Assembly: GCF_001194135.2 (NCBI RefSeq)
Contig: NC_068988.1
Span: 16,921,064-16,985,063 of the forward strand
DNA length: 64,000 bases
Reading direction: 5' to 3'
DNA from: Octopus bimaculoides
Lineage: Eukaryota
In this document: positions 38,731 through 50,679 of the stretch, in pieces
Layout: each line of letters starts with the position of its first letter
Position numbering within the stretch: the first letter of the stretch is position 1
Notes under the pieces: generated by a model
What the model saw: the letters and a program-made list of their open reading frames with translations, nothing else
Databases searched by the model: none
Told to the model about the DNA's origin: nothing
Translations under genes and position numbers: made by a program

Positions 38731-40971
38731 TTTATAATGACTGTAATGTATCAGCGTGCGGTTCATGCTCAGTTTCAGTAATGTACTTTACGCATAAATG
38801 TTACACACTGTGTACGTTTGAGGCCCACATATTGTTGAGTAGACCCTAACATAATGAAGACCATAATCAAATGAAAGCGTAAACCCGTTAATAACTACTG
38901 TACTGGTTAATTTTGCTTTCATTTAGGATTTGTTATTTCGAAAGCTGTCGTAATAGCAGAGAACACACACATCTAAACATTATATTTTTCCTCGTCCTAG
39001 CGACTTGCTCGAATCTTCTGAATAGTCACCCTTTACTTTGCGAAACTATCTAAATATACGTCGGTCTTTTCAGAATATACTGTAGCCATGTTAATTTTAT
39101 TTAATCCCATGTAGGATCTATTAGATCTGATAATGAATTTATTCTTATAATAGTTATTTTCTTACATTGCTTTCATACCGCTGTACATGGCTTCACATTA
39201 GCACATACATTAAATCTAAATGACTTGAGCATTAATTTGAACTAAATATAGATTTGAGAATACAATGTTACATTGCAAAGTAATTAGATGTCTGTAAGTT
39301 CAACTACATTACCGTGCTTTTTTACAATGAATATAAATAAAGATATGTATGAAATTATTTTGTCGTAATCTCAAAATCTTTACTGTATGATTAAAAGTAA
39401 GACGCACACTATTCTTACCAGCAACTTTTGAAGACATTACGAATTATAATTTCTTTCATAATCAGCAGGTTGATGTCAGTATATTATGATAATCCCAGGT
39501 TTACGGAAATAATATTTCGATTAGAATATGCCAGGATGTGTGGATTTATGAAAGAAACCTAATTTAATTGATAGAGTCAAAAGAGTCATAACACCACTGA
39601 GTTTAATTTGAAAGTAGATCATTGTCTTGCACTAATTATTTATGTTTACGTATGTATAACTCTGAACATAACTACAACTGTCTATTCGTACTCAATATGT
39701 TAATGTGTGTGTTCAATATATTTGTCATTCATTTATTCAGTTGCAGGAAACATTTCCTTCTATTACCAATATTGTAAGATATTAAATTAGTAAGCCTGTT
39801 GGTTACTGGCGCCAGAGTTACATTTGCATTTTTACATTTATCCCAACACATTGCTTCATTCAGTTAAAATCCCCCTAAACTACACAGTCGCAAGAAGCTG
39901 TCACTGCACACTAATGTGTATTTCAGTAAATAGGGAACATGAAAGGAAATGCTTCCTGTTTGGTCGCGGCTGGAAATTGAGTTTTTGTTAGAGCCCTTTA
40001 TGTTTTACTTCTTACCATACTGGTGTCCAAAACACACTGCACTGAGTAAACCGGAAGGAGGTCCGATTTATTCAGTAACGAACGAGTATGATTCGAGTTT
40101 TACTGGGTGCAACATAGTATTAGAGGATAGTAACTCACCTAACAGTAGATATTACATGGACGGTTAATTCCGAGATTCTTATAACAAATGCCATATATGA
40201 CGTAATGTCAAATATGGCTGATTCGGAAATTCGGTTTAGATATGCTGATTTATAAATCTTGCTTCTGAGCTCTTGCTTACACACCAAAGCGTATCGTTCG
40301 AGTGCTCATCTTAAACCTCCTTTTTCCAAAATTATTCATATTCATTTACAGATTGATAGCATGTCACACTGCAATTCGCGGAGAGTTTTTTTTTTTTCAG
40401 TTCTTATACATTTCTAAAGTTAAGTTTTATCTTTTAGTGGATACGCGTTGATAATATTTCGCCTGTTAGAAATACACTATTTTTTGTTATTTATTCTTTA
40501 TGCCCATTTGTATTGATGCACCCCTGTCTATGAGATTCTCGTAGATACAACCCTTCATTCTCCGATATGGGATTCGAAATTTTCAAGCAAATGCTACAGA
40601 AAACAACGTAAACCTTGGAAACCGTCGAGAATGGCATTCTTTAAATTTTGTCTCCTTCAAAACCCAATTAATTACAAACGTTATCACAACAATATTTTAT
40701 CCTCTATTGACAACACACTTTATCATGACGAATGTTAGGATGTACCATGATTAAGGATATCTTCTGCCGATTTTACATCAACAGTACCAAAAACAAAAAA
40801 AATCCCAAAACATATAAGCAACTAATAACAATTTGCAGTGAAATCTGCAAAGGAAAATCTGTTTGGTAGATGAATATTAAATAAATTACCACTTTAATTA
40901 AATACCGATTCAAATGCATAAATCGATTTTTCATGCAAATTTTTTCGCCTCAGATGAAAAATGATGAACAA

Positions 40972-41016
<45 letters not shown>

Positions 41017-42355
41017 AGCTCAGGTCTTTCAGCGATTTCCGTTTAGAAACGTCCGACTTTAATTATTGCAAAGAAAATAGCAGAAAGAACAGGAGAAGAA
41101 TTTTATCAAGGGCAAACGAATTTTCCGTCCGTCCTATAATAAGCCTCTATTCTTACATAATTTGAAGCTGAGTGTGCATACTTTTAGAAATTTACGTGGA
41201 CGAAATAGTCATTATTTAAATTTTGAATGTACATTGGACCGTCAGTCCTGTTTCTAACTATTGTTAAAAGAATATCTTTCGTATAGTCTACATCAGACCA
41301 ATATTTTAAAGATTGTTACGTATGTTTTGAAAAAAATAAGTACTGTAATTGGGTAAATATTTTATTTCCCTATAAAAAAAATACACCCACACACTAAAAA
41401 AATCTAACGCCTCAAGCACAACAACATATTGATATCAGTTACTGCGTCGAGAACAACTAAAATAACTATGCCATCTATGCTGGAATATGTATTGAGAATT
41501 GACAATGAAAGTATTTACGGTAAATCGTTATATAATTGTTACTTAATATACGATGCGTACTGACTATTTAAAATGACTTCAAACCCGTCGATAAATTGGT
41601 TCATACTGAAACAAGCAAAATAGAATTGGAAAGCGAAATAAAATAAAATAAAAAGAAAACAATACCATATAGAGGAAAAGAAATATAGAAAGGCATGCAT
41701 TTCTGGTGTACACAGTTACAAAGACACAATCTGCATAAGTCATTCATGAATGAAGAAAGCAAACAAAAATAGTTATCATACCTTATAGAGATGTAAGTAC
41801 ATCTATTGGTAGACGTGCTGGCACATCAACAAACACAAAGGGTCAGACAAACACATATATACACGTTGACAGGTTAGAATACATAGATGGAGATGAATGC
41901 CTAAAAACATAAACTCGCTGCGGTAAATAGATTGGAACAGGTGAATTCCAATCAATAGAATTTAATCAACCTTTTTCAATTAATCTTTTTTTCTAGAAAA
42001 GATTTATTCGAAATTTAATGGGAAAATGCAATTACTTTAATACTATCTCTCTCTTTCTTTCATTTTCTGTCTCTGTAGCTCACTCTCATTCTTTCTACAC
42101 ACACAAATATATGTGTATAGTGTATGTCACGTATTTGATTTGCATTTATATTTCAACTTGGTGACGTGATGCAGGTCGTGGAACGTTAAGGTGGATTCAG
42201 GTCAACTTTTGTTTTTATCACCCACATACTCTCTTCATTTAACAATTGAATGCAATCCAAGCAATAACTAGCGAGAAAAAAAACAACAACAACGCGAGGA
42301 CGTGGAACAAGTACTGTGTTATTGGACGCCCAGGAAAGGAAAGAAAAGAAAGAGG

Positions 42356-42390
42356 ATTTCACGTTTCGAGCGGAGATCTTCATCAGAAAT
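42356..42390 (-). ncRNA. Minimal type-I hammerhead ribozyme motif (intact CUGAUGA core; position 17 is G)
   Basis: The minus strand reads ATTT CTGATGA A GATC TCC GCTC GAAA C GT G AAAT: stem I AUUU/AAAU, perfect core, stem II with one mismatch, ACGU palindrome. The cleavage nucleotide G violates the NUH rule. Confidence 0.75.
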
Positions 42391-42442
42391 ATAGAAAAAG
42401 TCCAAATAAGGGAAAATGGAGAAAGAAAATCGCCAACGATAC

Positions 42443-42656
42443 NNNNNNNNNNNNNNNNNNNNNNNNNNNNNNNNNNNNNNNNNNNNNNNNNNNNNNNNNN
42501 NNNNNNNNNNNNNNNNNNNNNNNNNNNNNNNNNNNNNNNNNNNNNNNNNNNNNNNNNNNNNNNNNNNNNNNNNNNNNNNNNNNNNNNNNNNNNNNNNNNN
42601 NNNNNNNNNNNNNNNNNNNNNNNNNNNNNNNNNNNNNNNNNNNNNNNNNNNNNNNN
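42443..42656. other. Assembly gap adjacent to the hammerhead-bearing repeat
   Basis: N run. Confidence 1.
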
Positions 42657-42695
<39 letters not shown>

Positions 42696-45600
42696 GAGAG
42701 AGAGAGAAATAAAGAAATGGGAGAAGAGTATATGAACAGCAAGGAGGAGTGTCGGGAAGTCGCCGTCGTAAGATGACAACAAATATACTGCTTTATCTAT
42801 ATTTCGGTGCGGAAACAGAGTAGGGTTTAGTTAGTTAGAAAGGTAAACACATATACATTAAGAGAAAAAAGTAATAAAAAAAAGTTCAAAGTGGAGGAAC
42901 TTAACTCATTTCAATGTAAATAAAGTAACATTTCACACACACACACACATTTATGTTTCGCTTGTAAGGGATATGAAAAGAAACTTATCAATTTAGAATG
43001 ATGTATATAGTATCAGTTAGTTAATATAAAGACATAAAAAATGACTTTTGGGATAAAATTCTAGGGTAAAAATGAACATGTTTACACTTCTGAAAGTATC
43101 GAAGAACTAGTAGATATTGTAACGCTAATCTTAAAATTATAACGGAAAGATTATAACTAATGAGCAATAATTATTACATTAATAAGGAAATTCAGTCATT
43201 ATAATAATAGTACTCATTATTCTAATTAACAGAGATTTTGAAAAAACAAATTAAACTTATTGTAGTATGTAGATAGGGTTATTATCCAAGCTATGCCCGC
43301 ATGAAGAATTTTCCATTATTCAAAAGTTTATGTATGTTATCATTCTGTGAAGTGTGCATAAAATTACAAATCAAAACAGATTAGCAAAAACATGTTATTA
43401 TTTATTACTTACAATTTTTGATATTGTATTATCATTATTGAAACTTTACTTTTTATTATATTCCTGTTAGTATAATTATATTTTATTTCTACTATTATTT
43501 CTATTATATATTTTTTGACAATCCCTCTGATTCTCTGGGCGCAGGACTGGTACGATTATTTACAACATTCGTCAACTTTCTTAGCAGCATTTTTAATTTT
43601 AATATTGTGAATTCGTAACCCAAAGAGATGGCATTTCAAATTTTCACTATCGATAAAATATTGTATAAGTAAGATTTCCGGATAGAGTGACGGATTCAGT
43701 TATCCCTCTCTTCGAAATCGTCTGCCGAAATTTTAATCTATTGTTTCTACTACCAGTTCACCGCTTTTTCTTGTATCTGCAATATTGCTTAATAGCAAAC
43801 TGACACCATATTATGCTTATCACATATTCATCCATTGCCCCAAACACTTTTACTTACTTTTTATTTTTTCTGCGTTTATTCCTCCAATCATTTATATTTC
43901 AGCTACGCGGTAAAACTTTTACAGCCCTATTATACCATTTTTCATTTGAAATTTTCTATTATTGTGGATAATAATGTCAAATATGTTAAGGTGTTAGTAA
44001 TTCGAGTAATAATTGCTTGATTGTAAAATAGCGAAACTTATATTATATGGTCAAAGGGTAATGTCTTAGAAATCAATAGAGTCTAATATATTTGGCAAGT
44101 TTGCATATATTTTTATAAAAAAGGCCATTTCTGATATAATTATCGTGGAAGACATAAAGATTCTAAATAATATTATACAAAATCGACAATATGAGCGAAT
44201 AAGATGTAATATTTGTATGAATTTATTCATATGTATATTTTGGAGCTTCGATAAAAGCATTCGTTTTATACCAGTTATTTAAATTTACATTAGCAGTGAT
44301 AAAATATTTCGATTTATTAATCAAAATATCTAGATATCCCAATATATAGATTAAGTGTTTTGCTTGACAGTTTAATGTGGAATGTTCCACAAAATTTTAT
44401 TCGAAAAAGGAGAAATACAAATAAAGCATTTTTCTTCGATTATTATATTCTATTCCTTCATATTCTAGTTGAACAAATATATGCTGACCGTTAACTAGTT
44501 GATGACATGGCTGATTATTATAGACATATTCAGCTTTAGAAGATATTTAGATAACTTATCCAGCTTTCTTACACTGAACTCAGCTGATTAAGATTTTAAT
44601 TCAGAATCATATATATATATAGCCTTTCTTCTTATTCGTCAGGAAATACAGAAATCTATTCAGATAGTATGTTGTTTATAAATAAATATATTTTGTTCAT
44701 GTAATTATGTAATTATACTATCAGTTCAAAGTATTTCTTTTATCGAGATAGAACATTTTGAAGTATTCCTTTTATTTAGACAGCCCAAAAGAAAAAATGA
44801 AGCAACAATTTTATTTGAAAATCTTCTCTAGGTATTCAGTCTTGAATTTAGAATACAGAATGTAAACAAAGAGAGCACAAATATGTAGTATTCATACGCA
44901 CAAACACACACCATGCACACACACACGCACATACGCTCTCTCTCTCTACCATTTTCCCAAGTACGCTATTTATTCCGATAGCGTCTGATTTGTTATTCGA
45001 GATAGACATCTTTCTTCCGGAGACTCAGCACAGAAGCTAATAGATTAGGAAAATAATATTTCTGTGTTTGGGTTAGCTCATGAATATTTGAGCGTTAATT
45101 GTCATCATTGTAATTATAATTAGTAAATGGTTTATTCAATTTCATTTCACAAAAAAATCCGGTGTAACTTTATCCTCTAATGGATTTTAACTAACAACAT
45201 TTTCAGTAAACTGCGAAATATTTGCAAAGGAAGTGTTCCCTTGTTTTTCACAACTATGAAACTTTTCTCGCATCTCTTTCTTGAAATTCCATTAAAATTG
45301 TTTCTTTGTAAAAGAAACAAATGCAAAACACATTAAAATTACTGTAGTGTTATCTGACCAAAAATACGTTTTAGATGCAACAAAAAATTATCTTGCTACA
45401 TCCTGTTTCTTGGGAGATATTGGCATTCTTTAATGTAAATTAATGTATTACATATAAAAAAAATAATACAATGTTCACTTAAGGTATATCACTCATCGAA
45501 ATAGAAATAACACAGATAGATCAACATCGTGTATTATCTGCTACTACTGTTACAATGCCATGTCGGTAATATTTTTACTCACTCTAAATTGTGTAAAAAT

Positions 45601-46533
45601 ATTTAGAAAATATCAATAAAAAAATATTTTATGTGTGTAAATCAAGGAATGAGAACTGAATCTATACATGTGCATTTAAATTTACCCGCTATGCATATAT
45701 TGTAAATCTTAATTTTCTCAGTAAAAATATATAGAATCTACACGATAAAAAACTAAACAGAAGCAAATAGTATTCATGCTCAAGTGTTTAGGCATAAATT
45801 ACGTTAATACATAATCAGTACACGTATAGCTAAATTTAATAGAACAGTACTCACAATTACGGCTTGTAATGAATTTAACTGACTATTTAATTTTATTTAA
45901 AATACTGAATAAATGATTCAATTTGAAGGCACGTTCGATGATTTCATAAATATATTGAATCCAAAGAAAGGATTTCTATTGCAAATAATTACACAAACAT
46001 TGTATTATTATACGTAATATTACTGACATTGACATATATAGTTTGTTAGACTTACAACAAGTTAAAATATCCAGTTGCATATTCACATACACCCGAAAAG
46101 TACAACGAATTAACCGCGTCGTTTAAAATTAACAGAATTCGATTTTACAGCATTGTAAAAATATAAATAGTTAACAAACGTTTAGGGTATATAAGTGTAT
46201 CATATATCTATATTTTGCAAACCTGATATCGTAAACAATTACCACTGGCTTTACAAAAAGTTACAAGTAAACATATTCAAATATCCATAAAATTTCCGCG
46301 TGTCGTCTTTAGTTATTGAAACACATAAGAACGCAAAGGAATTAAAGGCTCACTACAGTCGATTCAGACACCCTTTTCCTGATAAATAATTCCATTACAA
46401 CACGAGAGCAACGTTTACTTTAAGTGAATTAAGAATTTAAAATTTGGTAAAGAGAAAAAATACCATAATGTGTGGAATGTGGATTGAACCCTCTTACTAC
46501 GGCATTATTCAGAATAGTTCAAGCATCAGAGAC

Positions 46534-46912
46534 GCAGGCGTGGCATTGTACTAAGAAGTTAGCTTTCCAACCACGTGCTTCCTGGTTCAGTCCCATTGCG
46601 TGGAACCTGGGGCAAGTGTCTTCTATTAGAGCTTCCGGCCGACCAATGCCATGTGAGTGGATTTGGCAGACGGAAACTGAAAGAAGCCCGTTGTGTATTG
46701 TGTGTGTGTGCATTCTGTTTCTCTGTATTTGTCTGCCAAACATAGCTTGACAACTTTACGTCCCCGTAACCAAGCAGTTCGACAAAATAGTTTGATTGAA
46801 TAAGTGCTAGGCTTGCAAAGAATAACTATTAGGGTTAATTTCTTCACCTAAATCCTTTTAAGGCGGTGCTCCAGCATGGCCGAAGTCAAATGACGGAAAC
46901 AAGTAAAAGAAT
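46534..46912 (+). mobile_element. SINE family A, near full length
   Basis: tRNA-like head GCAGGCGTGGC...GGTTCAGTCCC, CORE-like CCTGGGGCAAGTGTCTTCT, internal (GT) tract, tail GGCGGTGCTCCAGCATGGCCG...GAAACAAGTAAAAGAATA. Related copies lie at 25.7-26.1, 36.7 and 56.4 kb. Confidence 0.85.
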
Positions 46913-47098
46913 AATACATTACCGAATGTTCGCCAGATTTAGCAGCTTAAAATTTCATGAGTATGGGGCAAAAGAATCAACTGAAAATGTCATTAAATTA
47001 TCTCTTTAAACGGGACCAGAGGTAAACGATAAGAGTAAGAAAGAGAAAAAGAAATTGTGAGAAGAGACAAAAGAGGCTATATATATACTCAAACAAAT

Positions 47099-47142
<44 letters not shown>

Positions 47143-47226
47143 TCAAACAAATATACATACATATATATATATACTCATGTACACTTACATATATATGTCT
47201 ACATATACATAGGCATAGACGCACAA

Positions 47227-47272
47227 GACACCTGATAAAGGCTGGAGGGTATATTAGCCGAAACGTTGTTTT
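47227..47272 (+). ncRNA. Minimal type-I hammerhead ribozyme motif (G8A variant)
   Basis: GACAC CTGATAA A GGCTG GAGGGTATAT TAGCC GAAA C GTT GTTTT: stem I GACAC/GUUUU (one mismatch, one G-U), core CUGAUaA, 5-bp stem II, GAAA, ACGU palindrome. Confidence 0.65.
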
Positions 47273-47884
47273 AACAACAAACAGGATGAGAACAAATATC
47301 CGTCAAATGTAAATAATGGTCTCATACAAACATACACTTTTTTTACAAATACAGTCCTGGTTACACACAACTACTGAGATTGTGACGTAACGCATAAGGC
47401 AAATTCAACCAAGTCTATCTGCAGACAGAGACAAATACGCATCTATAATCACATATAATCCATTGTTTAGACGTATACACATCCACCAATGAATAGAGGA
47501 AATGTTTAGGGGCATGAAAACGGCAAAGGTGGCAGAATTAGGTGCTATGTAAGAAAGAGTTGGGCAGTATAAAAAGAAATGCAGGTTTGCGAACGTTTAC
47601 TCTCACCTCAGCTCTGAGTGATTCCGGCCACGCTGCACATAGCCTCGTCATGTTTCCTGTCTACCGACAGCTCTGATTGGAACAAACTCCTATAATATAT
47701 CCAATCCCTTTGTCCAGCAACCTTACGATGCCGTACTACCGTAGAGAATTTCTCCGGGTGCCCAGATTAAACCGATAGATTTGCCCAGGTTTATTGTTGT
47801 GACCACCATCGCTTCGTATATCTTTTGTATTTTTACCGACTAATTTCAGTTGCAATAATAAGTAGCTGTAGTATTTTTCTGTTT

Positions 47885-48160
47885 CAGGCGCAAGGCCTGC
47901 AGTTTTGAGGTGAGGGGAAGTGGAGAAATCAATATTTACGACTGCAGTAATTAAGTGATACTATATTTGATCGATTCCAAAAATGATGGAAGATGACATC
48001 TTCAGTTTAACGGGAGAACGTAGAGATCCAAAACGAATTCTGCAATGCATCGGACAACATGCTTTGTGGTATTTTGTCTAGCTCTTTACATTCTCAGTTT
48101 AAATAACACAAGGTCAACTTTGCGTTTCTTCTCCCGTGGGTCGATAGAGTAACTTATCAG
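47885..48160. mobile_element. Two decayed SINE family B fragments, head to head (- then +)
   Basis: AGGCGCAAGGCCTG... (minus, about 47885-48020) and AAGGTCAACTTTGCGTTTC...GGGTCGATA (plus, about 48060-48160). Confidence 0.5.
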
Positions 48161-48165
48161 TGAAG

Positions 48166-48253
48166 AATTGTTTTTACGTAGGTGGAAAAAGAGAAATCTC
48201 AAAGAAGGTTTAGCCGATAATATTGCCCTTTTTCCACCTACGTAAAATCAATT
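48166..48253. repeat. 26-bp inverted repeat with a 36-nt loop
   Basis: AATTGTTTTTACGTAGGTGGAAAAAG (48166-48191) versus CTTTTTCCACCTACGTAAAATCAATT (48228-48253): 25/26 complementary. Confidence 0.92.
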
Positions 48254-49816
48254 ATTCTATTTCGTTTTCATTTTTTCTTTTTTATTATTATAATTAGTAT
48301 TGTTGATTTTGTTATTCTGTGCTGTCTGGTCGATCTTACGGCCTTGACGATATGTTGGTGGTCCAAAATTTAAACAGTAGCGAAAATGGTGCCTTTAAAT
48401 TAGACCTGTGTTTATGGCGGCTAAGAAAAGTCGGCCAGATATTCTAGGAATCAGATTTTCATGTGAACACTCTTTAATAGCAGTCTGAATTGTATGAGGC
48501 TAGCTAACAGAGGGTGTCGAAAAGTCTCCAGAACCTGCTCAGTCTTTCCCAAGTGGCTGAGAAAAATGATTGGATTTCCTGAATGCGCCTGGACATTTGC
48601 AAAAGTATCGGGTTATCAACATCGCAAAATTGCAAAATCGGGTTATCAACATCGTGTCTAGGAAGAATCATCTGTAGAGTACCATGTAGGGATAACATGT
48701 TGTGCGGAATTCGAATTGATTATCTACAATTATAACAAATTGTGATTTGCACAATCGATCTCGATAGGCTGCCTACCCAGGCCCGTCTATTGGAAATTGA
48801 AAGCATCTTTCCCCGCAGGTCCAGTTTAAAAAGACTCGATTAGAGTACTAAAGAGGTGGACAATGTCGAGGCCAGTCAAGAACAACTGATGGCAGTTAGC
48901 CTGAAGAGGATTACAGTCATTAAGTTTTAGTAAATAAATAATGATTAAGAAATGTAGTGTAGAAGAGCTACTTAGTAACATACAAGAGACACTTATAATT
49001 GACACTGCAACTGACGTGCTTGATATGACTGGATATGTCATGCCTACTTTGAATAAACTTCCGCTTAGGCTACAATATCTCCAGTATTCCCTTGAAGTTG
49101 CTGTCACCATTAGTAGGTGTTGTGGTCACCATTAGTTCGACGCGATTTTCTGCTGATCATCGCCATGAAAGTACTGCAATATCGGATCAGGCGTTGACGG
49201 AAGCAAGTCACCTGTCAGAGGGGCTGGCATCAACCACGCACAATTATCAGCCGGTCGGGTAACACTACGTGTGAAAATTTCGTCAGTCCATTGTACAGAG
49301 GACTAGCAGTAGCCAATTAGGATTTCACCAAAAATCTGAGTGTCGATGAAATTCACTTGCCTTGTCGTTATACATATATATGTATAGATAATAGACATGT
49401 GTCCATGCGCGCGCGCAAGTGTACTGGGAAGTCGAGTTTGGGAAAGTTTTGATTCAGGAGATATTCCTTTTTCTTATATGAAGTTCGTTTCAATTGTCAT
49501 TTGGTATTTGAGAGCGTCTTGACTCCTGGACGCGGAGATACAACTAATAAATCAACAATTTATCGGATATGATATTTGATACAGTGGTAGTTATCTATTT
49601 TGTTTATATACATGCCGCTACCCTCTCTGATTTATTTAGGTATATATATATATTTATTTATTTATGTATGCATATATCTTGATACATATGTATGTACTGA
49701 CATGTATACTCACAAGTATAAACACATATACACATATTTATGCACGTCCATATATATTATATAGATGTGTACACATATACAGTAATATATGGATTCTAGA
49801 CATATATTTAAATCAT

Positions 49817-49895
<79 letters not shown>

Positions 49896-50679
49896 GCCAA
49901 CAAACTTGTTCTGCCATACGCAAATTGGTATGCGCATATAAATTTACATACAGATATGTATACTAAACAGCTACATATACATTCAGCATGTATAGTTATT
50001 GAATAAAATGCGCATTTAAATATTTCATTTGTTATAATCTAATGACTACCTTCTTATCTATGTTAGGATGTTTTCAATAATTCTCTGCATTTAGATTCGT
50101 GAATATAGTTTACTTCAAAATACTGAAATACCTATTTCAGATTTCATTTTCTTTTGAATTATGATTTCATAGGTGCCTACTTGCAATTCTGTATCCAAAT
50201 CCTACGGAGGTCTGAAATATCAGTCGTACCAAAAGTAAACAACCAATCATTCCTACTGTGAACTGTCAAAGAAACTAATAATTACTTGTAGTCGTTCTCG
50301 TGAAATGGTATATCGTTGCTGTTCATATGGCATTAATAAGACGGAACGTTGGCATAAACAAAATGAGGAGACTGATTCCATATCTACCTGTCACCGGAGG
50401 AAACAAGGAAATAGAAATGTGTGATTGAGGAGAGCAGAACTAAATGTAAATTGACTTTTAGCTTAGGGGAATACAATTCCAAGATAATGGCTTTTGTGCC
50501 TTCACATCACTGTAATTACTAATATAACATATTTGTTGCAGAATTAGTTTGGTGGTGTTATTAGTTCAGAATTTCACAAACGGAAATGAAAATGATCGTA
50601 TCTATATCTGTTCAATACTTGTACACTTACTGTGTTTAGCTAGTCACTGATATCACATTAACAAAAGTGTTAATCATTC

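Noticed and set aside
41025-41056. ...TTCCGTTTAGAAACGTC resembles the hammerhead 3' half
   Set aside because: No CUGANGA core and no stem II.
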